Positions 1-32,833 of a DNA stretch of 64,000 nucleotides are shown here, one piece after another. The stretch is taken from positions 2,083,479 through 2,147,478 of the forward strand of contig JAWQFM010000001.1 of NCBI GenBank assembly GCA_033442325.1. Reading direction: 5' to 3'. The number at the start of each line of letters is the position of its first letter. Within the stretch, counting starts at the first letter, position 1. Position numbers and translations under genes: made by a program. The notes beneath the pieces are model-generated. The model saw nothing but the letters and a program-made list of their open reading frames with translations. It searched no databases and was not told the DNA's origin. This stretch comes from Salpingoeca rosetta (taxonomy: Eukaryota > Protista > Choanoflagellata).

Positions 1-91
1 GTCCGAGCATATGATGGCAGGTATGTGCAAGGCAGCTCCCGCTGCCTTTATGTCACTGACAAATGCTCCAGCACCAAGATGATCAGTGATA

Positions 92-2133
<2,042 letters not shown>

Positions 2134-2488
2134 CGTCGTTGTGTGTTGTTTGCGTTGTTTCTGTGTTCTGTGGTGAATGACTGTGTGTGTGTGTGTGTGT
2201 GTGTGTTGTGTATGTTGTGTGTGTGTGTGCTGTTGTGTGTGAACGGATCTTCCTTTAACACCCTCCATCAGCCGTGATGTGACCAGCGCTTGTTGTTGCA
2301 TTCTCTTTGTCAGTCACTCAAGTCAGAAGAAGAAGGAAGCAATGAAGGAGACAGCGGCACCTCTCATACAAAAGCAATACAGCAATGCAATCCCACACGT
2401 CCTGAACGCGCATTCACACACACACACTCTCACACACCACAATGCAGCTCGATGCACAGCTGGCACGCGATGGTGTGCGGGGCGTTGT

Positions 2489-6396
<3,908 letters not shown>

Positions 6397-6915
6397 CACT
6401 TCCCCGTTCACGAGCGTACGCGCCTTTTCCTTCTCGCCCTTCCTTCTGCCTGGTTGCGGCGCTGTCACGTCAGGCAACGAGTGAACGAACAAATGAATGA
6501 AGGAATGAATGAATATGGCTTCTCGGCTAGACCAGCAGCGAAGGTGGTGTGGGTGGGTGCAGGGTGCTGTGAGAAGGGAGGAGTGCGTTGTTGTTGTTGG
6601 CTGACTGGCTGGCGTTCAGCTGTGCAGATGTTTCTTTGGTATTTTCTACCGTTTTTCCGCAACCGCGTCTGCTGCCTTTCCGCCTGTTGACTTTTGCTTG
6701 CTGAAGTTTGTGCGTGTGTGACGTGCTGTCGCTCTGTCGCCGCTTTTTGTTTGTCCACCAGACTTGGGAACAACGACAAGGGGACACCGCCACCGCTGAC
6801 TCAGCGAGCCAGTGATTGGTTGGCTCAGTGCACTCATACGCACAAACACACAACATCCCCACACTTGATCATCGCACACGCACACGCTTTGGTTCACAAC
6901 ACGCAACCCTGTGCC
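6397..6915. promoter_or_regulatory. Short divergent intergenic region PTP/F-box-LRR (candidate bidirectional promoter)
   Basis: Head-to-head ATGs about 520 bp apart. Confidence 0.45.
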
Positions 6916-7976
6916 ATGGCGGAGGCCCAGTTGCTGGACCTGCCTGGGGAGGTCTTGGAGAATGTGCTCCGCTTCCTCGACCTCATGTCGCTGTATGCAA
7001 CGGCGCTGCAGTGCCGCGCGCTCAACGCGCTGCGCTGGCCCATCATGGACCTGCGGAACATCCCCATGCACAAGCTGACGCAGGAGACGTTTCGCTACAT
7101 TGTGGAGCGGCGCAAGCCCGAGGTGCTCCTGCTCACGGGCGTGCTCGGCTGCCCCCGCAGCGCCATGCCGTTTCCAAACGTCGAGGCCATCGCGCACAGC
7201 AAGAGCCTGCGCCACCTGGGCTTGGAGGCCGCCTACGTCGGTGATGAGGGCATCCGGGCGCTCAGCGCTGTTCTGCCGTTCCTGGACACGCTGAACCTCA
7301 AGTTCAACAACATCACGGGCAAGGGCGCCGCTGCCCTCGGCGCTGCGCTTCCATCGGCCCACCACCTGCAGTCCCTCGACCTCTCGGGCAACCCCATCTG
7401 TGACTCCGCTGGCATGGAGGACCTGTGCATGGGTCTATCTGCCGCCAAGGGCCTGCGTGTCCTCACATTGCGCGACGTCCGACTCAAGGGCGCCGGCACC
7501 ACGGCCTTGGGCAAGCTGCTGGTCGCCCTGCCCACCCTGCACGAGCTCGACCTCAGCCGCAACCCCATCGGCGACTCGGGCATGGACAACATTGCCAAGG
7601 GGCTTGCAGCCTGCACATCGCTTCGCACCCTCACTCTCGCCAACGTTCAACTCAACAACGACGGTTTGTTCCTTGCATGCTGGCTTTCTTTTTGTTTGAG
7701 GAAAGGGAGAAGGGCGGTGGCTTCCACCTGCCTTTGTTGTGCTTGTTTGTGCATGTGCATGCATGCTCATGTGAGCTGACCAACATGCAAATTGGAGGGA
7801 GGGGGTGTGAAAGATGGCCGGTCCTGCACGTTGTGCGAATTCCTTCCGGCGTTCTGTCTGCTTTGTCGTTTTCCCGCAAGCAGCAAGCACACCTTTCCTT
7901 CGCTTCCTGCCTCATGCACACTCACACACACGCACTCACACATACACACACACACGCACGCACACACGCACACACG

Positions 7977-8022
<46 letters not shown>

Positions 8023-9723
8023 TACACACGCACACACATACATACACACACACACACACGCACACACACACACGCACACACACACACGCACACAGGTGTG
8101 GTGCATCTGGCGTCCGCCATCCAGCAGTGGCCCAACCGCAGCCTGCGCCAGCTCGATCTTGCAGACAACACCTTCTCCTCAAACCTCGACGCGCTCGGCC
8201 TGGCCCTTGCTCAGCAGGAGTCTCTACAGCGCGTCAGTCTCGCGGGCTGTAACCTGCAGCGCCTGCCCGTGGCAAGCGTGGCGGCCCTGCTGTCCCACTG
8301 CGGAAGTGCGGTGGTTGACCTGCGTCGCTGCCGCATCTCAGACGACAGCTGCACCAACATCGCCACAGCCCTGGCCGACGGGGCATCCCCATCTGAGCTG
8401 GAGCTGAGCAGCAACGCCTGCGCTTTTGCCAGCATGCAGCAGCTTGGCCTGGCCATGGCAAGCAACACGACGACAACCGTGCTCAAGCTCAACTTCAACT
8501 CGCTCGGTGACAGCGGCATGCGTGCGCTGTGTCGGGGCCTCATGTCCAACACGGCGCTACGCGTGCTGCACGTGGCTGACAACAACTGCGGCGGTGCTGG
8601 TGTGGAGGCGCTGGCCAAATACGTTGCAGCCACCGCCACCCTGCGCGAGCTTGATCTCTCCGGTAATCAGCTCATGGGCAACGCCGCGGCGTGTGCTGCC
8701 CTCGGGCGTGCGCTGCGGGACAACAGCAGCATCGCCACCCTGCACATGTGCAGTGTTGGTCTGCTGGGGTCCGACGTCACAGCCATGGTGGACGCCTGGC
8801 TCTCACCCCCTGCACCACACCCCGCAACAGCAACAACAGAAACAGCACCACCAACAGCAGACACAGCAGCAGAAATGGCACAGCAGCCGCCCCAAGGTGA
8901 TGAGGAACAAGCAGCGCGGCCGCGCAACCAAGGAGAGTCGCAACCACAACCTCCAGCACAAGCACAACAGCAGCAGCAGGAGGAAGAGGCACTTGTTTCT
9001 CCACCGCCATCAGTACCCGCAACCACGCATGTGCGTGTCACCCCGACGCTGAAGAAGTTCAACCTGGCCGGCAACGAGCTTGAGGACGAGGGCGCCACTG
9101 CAATTGCGCGCTTGCTCATGCGCGACACGACGCACATCAGGGACCTGGACCTGTCTGGAAATATGATTGCCAGCGGCGGGGTGGACCGAATTGCCACCGC
9201 ACTTGCCACCAACACGCGCCTGCGCCGCTTGCGCCTGCGCAACAACAACATCGGCGCTGCTGGTGCTGCTGGCCTTGGCAAGGCGTTGAGTGGCGAGTCA
9301 ATGTGTGCGCTGGAATTGCTTGATCTCAGCCGCAACCAGCTGTGCGACGAAGGCACCGTACAGCTGTGCCTTGGCCTGCAGGGAAACGCCCACATCAAGT
9401 GTCTGTCGCTGGCACACAACTGCATTGCGAACCGCGGTGCGGAGGCGCTTGGCACGCTGCTAGGGCTGAGCACCGCGCTGGAGTGCCTGTCCATCGAAGA
9501 CAACAAGATGGACTGCACTGGCGTCGCTGCCATCACCATTGCGCTGCAGCAGAACCTGCGCCTGCGCGAAATCAACATGCGCAACGTTGGCGTGGACACG
9601 GAGACGTGCCCGCTTCCACCGCGGCGTGAGGGCTCTGGCAGCAACCGCTATGTGCGCGTCATTGCGTCACACAAGGACCACTGCCTTCACCAGAAGGCCC
9701 TCGAGCACCTGCCAGACTTTTGA
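6916..9723 (+). CDS. F-box + RNI-like leucine-rich repeat protein; one intron 7664-8095
   Basis: LLDLPGEVLENVLRFLD..L...ALQCRAL F-box. Many LxxLxLxxNxIGDxG repeats. The GT..AG intron joins the two long ORFs in frame (NND-G-VVHLAS). Confidence 0.9.
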
Positions 9724-10156
9724 TCGGGGAGGGTCACCCTAGTATGTGTGTGTGTCTGTGTGTCTGTGGGGGATGGTTGCCGCAGCTCGCAATTGTCGTC
9801 GTTGTCGTTGCACGCGGCGGGCAACTTGCGGGTTAATTTGCCACACCCCTGCTGTGTGAGCGTGTCTGTCACGCGCCATTTCTGTGCCTCTTGTTTTTCT
9901 CTAGCGTTGGTTGTCATAATCATGCGCGTGTGTGTTACCCCCTTCTTGCTTCTCACGTCTGGTGTTAGCGTTCTCGCCATAGCTGGTGGCGCTGTTGTGT
10001 TGACGTTATTGCTCACTCCGTTATTGTTCAATCCGTCCTAATATCGTGTATTGGTTGCTTTGGAGGAAGCGCGTGTTGCGCCTGGTGCTGTTATGTTATG
10101 ACGCAATTTGACACAGCTACCGTCATCCACATCTCGCATGGCCAGATGACACACAC

Positions 10157-10220
<64 letters not shown>

Positions 10221-10850
10221 CGTGAGGGGTAAGCAAGGAGGTGATTTGCATGAACGAAAACCAATAGTTGCAATCGAAAGAGGAGGGAAGAACGAATAAG
10301 AAGAAGTTTGCTGTTGCTGAGAGGTCACAACAACGCTGCCTGGTTGGAGAGAGAGAGAGAGAAGAAGAAGAAGAAGAAGAAGAAGAAGAAGAACCTAGTC
10401 GAATGTTAGCGGAAGGAAACCAAGACACAGGGCATACACACGCTTGCATGCATATGCAGTGTGTACGTCAGCGCAGGCTGAGTAAAAGAGGGTGAATGGG
10501 GCTGCAGTAAGGAAACGGCGCTTAGCAGCAGCACAATATGAACACACGCCAAAGAAAAGACAGTGGAGGCAAAGGTGGCGGACACAGGAAGAAAAAAAAA
10601 AGAAGACAAGAGGCTGTGAGAGCAAAAGACCATTAACATAAACGTAACCTAAAACGCATCAGTGGGTCGAGCGGTGGCCACAGTTGCCTTTTGCACAGCA
10701 ATGGGCGAAAGGGAGTGTGGCAGAACCAGGGCGCTGACGTCAACGTCAAGGATGCAAAGTAACAACAACGGCAACAACTGACGCCCGACGGGGGCGGGTG
10801 CAAGCGTGCATCAAAAACGCTGGTTGAGAGCTGCAACGAACGTGGTTCGT

Positions 10851-12447
10851 TCACCAGGTGGCCGGCTCATCATCGCGCTCGTCCATGGCGTGTGCTGCGG
10901 ACACGGATGCCGTCGCCACGATGCTGCCGGACATGTACACGTGGCGCACCCCAGTGCCAGGGAAAGCATCTTCACCAGCACGAGCAGTAGCACCACCGCC
11001 TTCCTCGTCCTCGAGTCCATCGTCGCCAACGTTCTCGCCGCCATCGACAGCATCGTCGGCATCATCATCGTCGTCGGCATCATCATCATCATCATCGTCG
11101 GCATCATCATCGCGCCGATCAGCACCCTCATCCTCCTCCTCCTCCTCCTCCTCGTCGCACTCGCCGCCGTTCTCTGCCAGCTTCTTGTTCGTTGCGAGGT
11201 ACTCCTGCACCACGAGCGGCAGTATCGACGACTCCTCCCGCCCAAGATCAAAGTGCTGCAGCGTGCGGTTCTCCGCAAACAGCGCAAGCAGATCCTCCAT
11301 GTGCTCGCGCACATTCACGCACGTGTTGATGAGCACGAGCGTACGGATGGTTGTGTTTGTGCGCAGGGCCCGCAGCAAGTCCCTGAACTCCGCGTGGGAG
11401 AAGGTGCTCTCGCTTCGGCACGCAAACGTGATGGCGACGCCCGTGAGGCGACCGAGCAGCGCACACGTGCGGTCAAACTGCTTGTTCGCCAGCGCACGGA
11501 CGAGGGCCTGGTAGTCGGCGGCGGTGGCGCCAAACGTGTCACGCACCTGCTGGTCAATGTTCAGGCTGATCAGCTTCTGCACAACGGGGAAGTTTCTGTT
11601 TGGGAGGGCGTAATGCAACGCCGTGCGCCCGTATGCGTCGCGGTCGTTCACGTTGAAGTGCTGGCCTTGCTGCACAAGCAGGTTGTCTGCACATGCACGC
11701 ATTGCGGTGGTGGTGGTGGTGATGGTGACAGTGGTGGTGGCAGTTGTGAGATGACAACAGCATGGATGCATGCACACGTTTCACATGAAGGCTTCGGACA
11801 GGCGCGTGTATGTGTGTGTCTGCGTGTGTGTGCGTACATTGGTGTGTGCACTGTTGTGCAGGCGCACACACGTGCACAAAAAAAATGACACACGGACAGG
11901 CACGCGTACCGGTACATACGTGCACATGTACATATCAACACGCGCATATATGTGCAGGCACACAACTGACATGCGAGGGTGGCGTGGCTGTCGAGGCCGT
12001 TTGGGTTCTTGATGGAGCGGTGTGAGCAGCCGAGGGCAGCGAGCATCACCGCCGTGGCACCGTGGCGGTCCCGTGCCGTCAGGTCAGCGCCCAGCTGGGC
12101 AAGATAGGCAACGGCAACGGCGCGCCCGTACGCAGCAGCAACGTGCAGTGGCGTCTGCCCGGCAAGCGAGGGCTGGTGGATGTCAAAACCATAGTGGTGC
12201 ACGCGCGCAATGGCGTCGCGGTGGCCGCCGAGCGCGGCACAGTGCATGGCCGTGTGGCCGTAACAGTTGGTGTCCGTCAACAACAGACCCTAAGATCACA
12301 GTGTGCAAAGTAACAACGTGAGCAGTGATGGGGGGGGTTGAAAGGGTTACATTGCCATGCATGGGAAGAATATACAGTTCGTGTGCACAACCTTCGCCGT
12401 GCATGTGTGTATGACGAAACCCCTTTCCCCGTTCCCTCCTCTATTCC

Positions 12448-12511
<64 letters not shown>

Positions 12512-12957
12512 GACACGCACCTGGGCCTTGAGCCATGTCATGACTTTGATGGCGCCGCCAAAGCAAGCGAGCATAAACGGGGTGTTGTTGAAGGCATCGC
12601 GGTCCCGCAGGCTGAAGCCGCGGTGGGAGAGGTACGCCACAATCTCCTGGTGGTTTCGGAAGGCCGCCACCATAAGCGCGTTCTTGCCGCACTTGATAGT
12701 AGAGTTGCGCGGTGCGCCGTTGCGCAGGAGAAAGTCAACGACGTTGAGGTGGCCGTAGAAGGTTGCGGACAGCAGGGGGGTGCCGCCGCACTGGTGCACC
12801 ACTTCGTCCAGCTTCGCGCCGGCAAACACGAGCGGGGCAACGTCTGGCAGGGATGGGCGGAAGTCGTCCTGCCCAATGAGCTCTTGCAGTCTGGCGAGAG
12901 CGCATGCCAACAAGGAGAGGGGAGGGGAGAAGGTGAGGTGTGCAAGTGTGCGGGAGT

Positions 12958-13043
<86 letters not shown>

Positions 13044-13821
13044 AAGTGCAAGTGTGTGTGCAAGTGTGTGTGAGTGTGTTTGTATTGCGAGGACGTGCTC
13101 GCGTTTTGCACATGGGGGCGTACTTTCTGGTGTAGGCGATTGGGGAGCGTTCACAGCCCCATTGGTGTTCACACACATCCCGCCAAACACGCTGTTGTTT
13201 CAAGATCATCCGCCTATTATGTGTGTGCGCGCAAGGGCGTCACGCAAGCGGGGGCAAGCCAGGGGAAGGGGGGGGGGGACAAACCTCCATGTCAGTGAAG
13301 CATTGTGGAAGGGGGTATGAAGCATACACATCGAGTCCAAACCACGCCAACACACGCACTCAAAATATGGATCAACAAACACAACCACGCGGGTGCACAC
13401 AATGCTTGTGCACACACACACACACACACACACACTCTCTCTCTCTCTCTCACACACTCACACATTCTCACACTCACACTCACCAAGAGCGGCAGACTTG
13501 GGCCATGACACCGAGGGTAATTGGGTCGTCACGGAGAAAGTAGACAATGCGTTCGATAAGTTCTTGTGGAAGGGCGGCAAGGGATGTGGTGTCTTGGCAC
13601 GACGCAGGCATGAAATGCTGGAGGTCAGTCTCAAACTGGCTGTCGTTGCCGTGTTGCTGCTGGTAGCGCTTGCGCATGAGCTTGAGCATCCCTGCGAGCA
13701 TGTGGCGTGGGTCTGGACCAAACAGGTTCTCGGCAATGCACACCAACGACGTCTCCAAGCACTCCTTTGGCAGCTGTGCCGTGGCTTTCGCGCACATGTC
13801 GTTCATCGGTCCAGAAGACAT
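10851..13821 (-). CDS. F-box + ankyrin-repeat protein with short LRR-like segment and acidic tail
   Basis: F-box LAALPQELIERIVYFL...MAQVCRSW in exon 1. About 7 ankyrin repeats (TPLLSATFYGHLNVVDFLLRNGA, NALMVAAFRNHQEIV, TPFMLAC, TAMHCAALGGH, TPLHVAAAYG, TALHYA). LRTNTTIRTLVL / ENRTLQHFDL segment, then a D/E-rich tail. Confidence 0.85.
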
Positions 13822-15477
13822 GATGCTGCTGAAGACGTGCTTGTTTGCTTGGTTGCGGTTGTGTCTTGTCTGGGTGCTGTGTTTTGGTGAGCCTTGCTTC
13901 TTGCTTGTGCGTGAGTCGCGTGTGGTGTGCGTGTCGTCTCTATCTGACACACACAAGAGGGGAGACACAGCGAGTTAAGGGCTTGTTGTCTCTGTGCTTG
14001 GTACAGGACAAGTGTGTAGCTGCGACTCAACTCAAAAACAAAACAAACCAACCGAGCAAAGGGCGCAAGTGCTCGCTTCTTGCTTTGCTTGAGTGCTTGT
14101 GTGGTGTGAGGTGTGGGGGTGCGTGAGCGAAGGAGGTGGTGCAGGCAACGACAATGCGCAGCGCGGGACACACCGCAAAGAAGAAGCAAAGATGCGCGAG
14201 GCAAGCAAGAAAGCCGAGCAACACCGCTTGCACGTCAGCCCTCCGAATTATGACGCTCCAAGCAAATTATGTAAAAGTTTCCACCAAAATTCGGCTGGCT
14301 GTGTTGCGCACGTAAGATGACTGCATGCTTGGTGGGTGGCGCAATCAATCGCTTGTGCTGTGGATGTGAGCGACTGGAATGGATGACGCCATATGCTGCC
14401 GAACGCGTTTGTACACCAAGAAGCCAAGAAATGACGCCGTGACAGTTGTGATATGATTTTGCCCTGTTGTTCTGTTGTTGCATCCTGCGTGCGAGTACAC
14501 GCGGTGTGTGCGTGCGCGCAGGCGCGCGTACATCACATGTGCGTGTTTGGCGCTGACCTGATGATGCGCATCATCAGAAAGCAGTCAGCGAGTCTCGGTC
14601 ATATCGTCAGATGAGGAGATGGTTTACGCAGGCCTTGCTGCCTTGGCAGCCAGCTTGATGCAGCACAGCTCAACACGCTGTTACAGCACAGAACTGCCGA
14701 ACGGAAAGAGGCAGCAACGCAGCAAAGCGAAAATATATACACGCTGGCAACACATGTGATCCTCTGAAACATAAAACCTTGACATGGGCGAGTCGAGCTA
14801 GATAGACAGGAGACGAACACAACAACACAGCAGCAGGTAAGTCGCTGACTGAAGCAGACAGGGGAAGGAAAGGCAGAAGGAGGGTGCCAAGAGGAGAGGT
14901 GGAGAAGAAGTGAAGCAATCTCCGCGACACCACAGCATCGCGCACAGCGATACCAGCAACGAAAAAAAACAACAGGATCATCAGATGTAGTGAAAAAAAA
15001 AAGTAGGGTCCGTGGAAAGAAAGGATAATAGCAACATACATAGTCAATCAAACACTCGCACACGCACACTCGCATGCATCATCTGTGTGCGTGGTTGTGT
15101 GTGTATGAGTTAACATAAACAAGCAGACAAGCATAGGCAAGTCGACTCGTGCAATGGCAAGCATGATAGGCACAGTCAACCAGCATTCAGAAACAAATCG
15201 ACACAGCCACTGAAGCCCAGCGGATGGTTGTCTGAAGTGATGTCGAGCGGGTGGGCTACAAAGTTGTTGCTTGGATGATATCCACTCGAAGGCTGCTGAC
15301 CCCCCACGGCGGCTTCTCGCCCGCGCCAACAAAGGCCAGCTTCTGCTGCTGAAGCTCCTTCCTCTGCCCAAAAGTACGCATTGCACCGAAACAACGACAA
15401 CAGTGAACACAGTAGCAGTAGCAGCAGTCGCAGTCGCAGTCGCAGTTGCATGCGTGTCAGATCGGATGTGAGCAGAG

Positions 15478-26094
<10,617 letters not shown>

Positions 26095-27286
26095 TGGCCG
26101 ACATACTCAGAGGGACAACTGCAACAACTGTGGGGCGCAGCCCCTGCACTCATGCCAACACTGCAGCACTCCCCTTCCGTGTATGTTGGCTGTTAATTCT
26201 CGAGCACGAAGTCGCTGTGGTACATGCGCATTCGTGGCGTGCTCCAGCTGCAACCCCCTTGTGCATATATTGGTGTGAAGGTGAAACGCGCTCCACTGCA
26301 CGGTTGAACGGTGGGAGGAGCGTGTTGTTTGGTCGTTGTGGTCGCGATGGTGAGTGAAATTCGTAAAAATGATGAAAGCTCAGTGGGGTGGTGGAAGTTG
26401 TGTGCATGTGGATGTGGTGTTGTGTATGTGGGTGTGATGTGTTGATGAGCATGTGCATGTGGTGATGTGCGTGTGTGTGGGTGTGTTGTGTCCTCTTAAC
26501 GCTCACGTCACTTTGACATACATTGGCCGCACAGCATATGAGTGTCTTTGGTTGGTTGGTTGGTTGGTTGGTTGGACAACAAGCACTGAGAAGCAAAGGA
26601 AAGAAAAAGAGAGCGGCAAGACACACAGAGACAAGCACGCACACGAACACACAGCAACAAGAGAGGCAAACGAGGGAACGGGAAGACACATGGATGACTG
26701 CAACGTGTGGGTGTCCATGATGACGTGAGACAGCACAACACGGTCGCATTGTACACCGCAGCAGCGCCTACGAGATACAAGCTTGCCGAGCAAGCAGCAC
26801 GAGAAGAAGACGGAGGAGGAGGACCGACAATACGAACAGAACTGTGCGCTTAAAAACAAACAAAAGAAAGAAAACCAGGAAGGAAGGAAGACAGGAACAT
26901 GAAGGAACAAGTGGGAGAGGGGCAGCCGTATCTCAAACTCACAGACACACGGGCACTAAGTGGTCGTAGCAACCCAGACACGCACGACCAACACAAGCAC
27001 GATCTCAAAGCCTCGTTACAACATCACAGTCACGCCATCACGTGTCACAAACAACACAAAACGAAGAGAAAGAATGCATCACAGCAGCCGCAGCTTGGCC
27101 ATGCAACCATTCAAAACATCGTATTGTGTTGCGCAACACCGCAGTGCGACTGGGAAAAGCGATGCAAAGAGGAACATGAACGGGCGCAAGTGCAGGAGGC
27201 AAAGACAGGGAAGGGGGCAAGAGGACGGAGAGAAGGGGAGACGGGTGGAGGCTGAAAGGGGAGGGATGCAGGGGAATTGGGGTCGG

Positions 27287-30593
<3,307 letters not shown>

Positions 30594-30733
30594 CTGTACA
30601 CGACAAGCACGGTGAGCATCGAGCGCACGCAAAGAGACAGAGACAGAGATAGAGACAGAGACAGAGACAGAGAGGGACAAAGACAGACAGAGACAGAGAC
30701 AGAGACAGAGAGGGACAGACATATACTAGACAG

Positions 30734-30792
<59 letters not shown>

Positions 30793-31385
30793 NNNNNNNN
30801 NNNNNNNNNNNNNNNNNNNNNNNNNNNNNNNNNNNNNNNNNNNNNNNNNNNNNNNNNNNNNNNNNNNNNNNNNNNNNNNNNNNNNNNNNNNNNNNNNNNN
30901 NNNNNNNNNNNNNNNNNNNNNNNNNNNNNNNNNNNNNNNNNNNNNNNNNNNNNNNNNNNNNNNNNNNNNNNNNNNNNNNNNNNNNNNNNNNNNNNNNNNN
31001 NNNNNNNNNNNNNNNNNNNNNNNNNNNNNNNNNNNNNNNNNNNNNNNNNNNNNNNNNNNNNNNNNNNNNNNNNNNNNNNNNNNNNNNNNNNNNNNNNNNN
31101 NNNNNNNNNNNNNNNNNNNNNNNNNNNNNNNNNNNNNNNNNNNNNNNNNNNNNNNNNNNNNNNNNNNNNNNNNNNNNNNNNNNNNNNNNNNNNNNNNNNN
31201 NNNNNNNNNNNNNNNNNNNNNNNNNNNNNNNNNNNNNNNNNNNNNNNNNNNNNNNNNNNNNNNNNNNNNNNNNNNNNNNNNNNNNNNNNNNNNNNNNNNN
31301 NNNNNNNNNNNNNNNNNNNNNNNNNNNNNNNNNNNNNNNNNNNNNNNNNNNNNNNNNNNNNNNNNNNNNNNNNNNNNNNNNNNNN
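30793..31385. other. Assembly gap (run of N) beginning at a (CA)n tract
   Basis: N characters seen directly. Confidence 1.
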
Positions 31386-31582
31386 CAAGACACACAACAA
31401 CACCCAGCCACAACAAACCTTTGAGCTGGAGAGTGAAAGGTCGTAGAAAAATGGCAATGATATCCACTAAAGTTCTCACCTGTGCTTGCGGTGGCTGCTT
31501 GCTTGTGTGTTGTGTGTATTGTGTGGTGTGTGTTGTTGTGTGGTGTCACATCACTAGTGCACCCCAGACCCCAAAGCTCTCG

Positions 31583-31648
<66 letters not shown>

Positions 31649-32266
31649 CACACATTCACACATTCTCTCTCCTCGGCACTGTCTGTTGTTTAATTTTATC
31701 TGCTTTCTGGTGCAGCACCCCACACACATACAACAGTACACACAAAAGCACACACATGCACCGAGAAGAAAAAGAAAGAAAGTCCAAAACGATGATGATG
31801 ATGACGCATGAATGGATGGAAATGAGAAGAACACGCGCGCGCTCAGACTGACGATCAAACGGCAAGACCATGCATTGCTCAAGACAACAAACACCAACAG
31901 CTGGCTGAGGGGACGATGATTCGCCCACATGTAGGGAAAGGGGCAACATCAACTAACAACACACAACCAATAAAATGCGCAAGACAAAACAGCCACACCC
32001 TTCATTGGCTGTGAAGCGTGTAGGGAACAGCAAGGGCAAGACAACAAAACCAGCATGGCCACCACAATGTGGTTTCAACACGTGCGTCAGTCAGTCAAAA
32101 ACAAAACTCAGCGCGCAGGTAAGGAAAACCCCATACATGCATAAACACACAAGCAACACACGCATACAAGCGTACATGGGCCGCATTAGGATCCATGTTG
32201 GCGTGAACAACAACATCGACCCAAGGAGCAGACACAGAAGCAAACCACCCCATCGGTTTGTTGCCG

Positions 32267-32352
<86 letters not shown>

Positions 32353-32592
32353 GGTGGTGTTGGCGAGCAAGGACTGCGCGTCAGCAGGCAGCACCGCTTC
32401 TGCGCGTCGCGTCATCGCACAGGCCGAGAGGAGGGGATATCGTACTGGAGAAGGAAGACGTCGTCGACAGCAAAGGGCACAACACGGACGCGTCACATCA
32501 CATCACATCATCACATCACCCGACACACCGACAGGACACTGGGACACACAGCTAGGATGAGAGAGGAGGGGACAGGAGTGGGACAAGCCCGC

Positions 32593-32800
32593 TCAGCACG
32601 CGCGGAGGTGGTTGGAGAGAAGGGCAAGGTTGCCTGCAGAGAGGGACTGCAGCAGCTTTGCTGTCTTGGCGTTGGACGGCATGTTGCACCAGCCAATGCT
32701 GTTGTGATAGTCTGGCGAAAGAAACAACGACGACAACGAACGAGGACGCGTACAGCAGCAACCACCACAAGCAAACGGATGAGCATCGTCATGTGTGTGT

Positions 32801-32833
<33 letters not shown>

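Noticed and set aside
8667-9644. 325-aa antisense ORF over the LRR gene (similar ones over the ANK and Nav exons)
   Set aside because: Shadow ORFs produced by GC-rich codon bias; no motifs.
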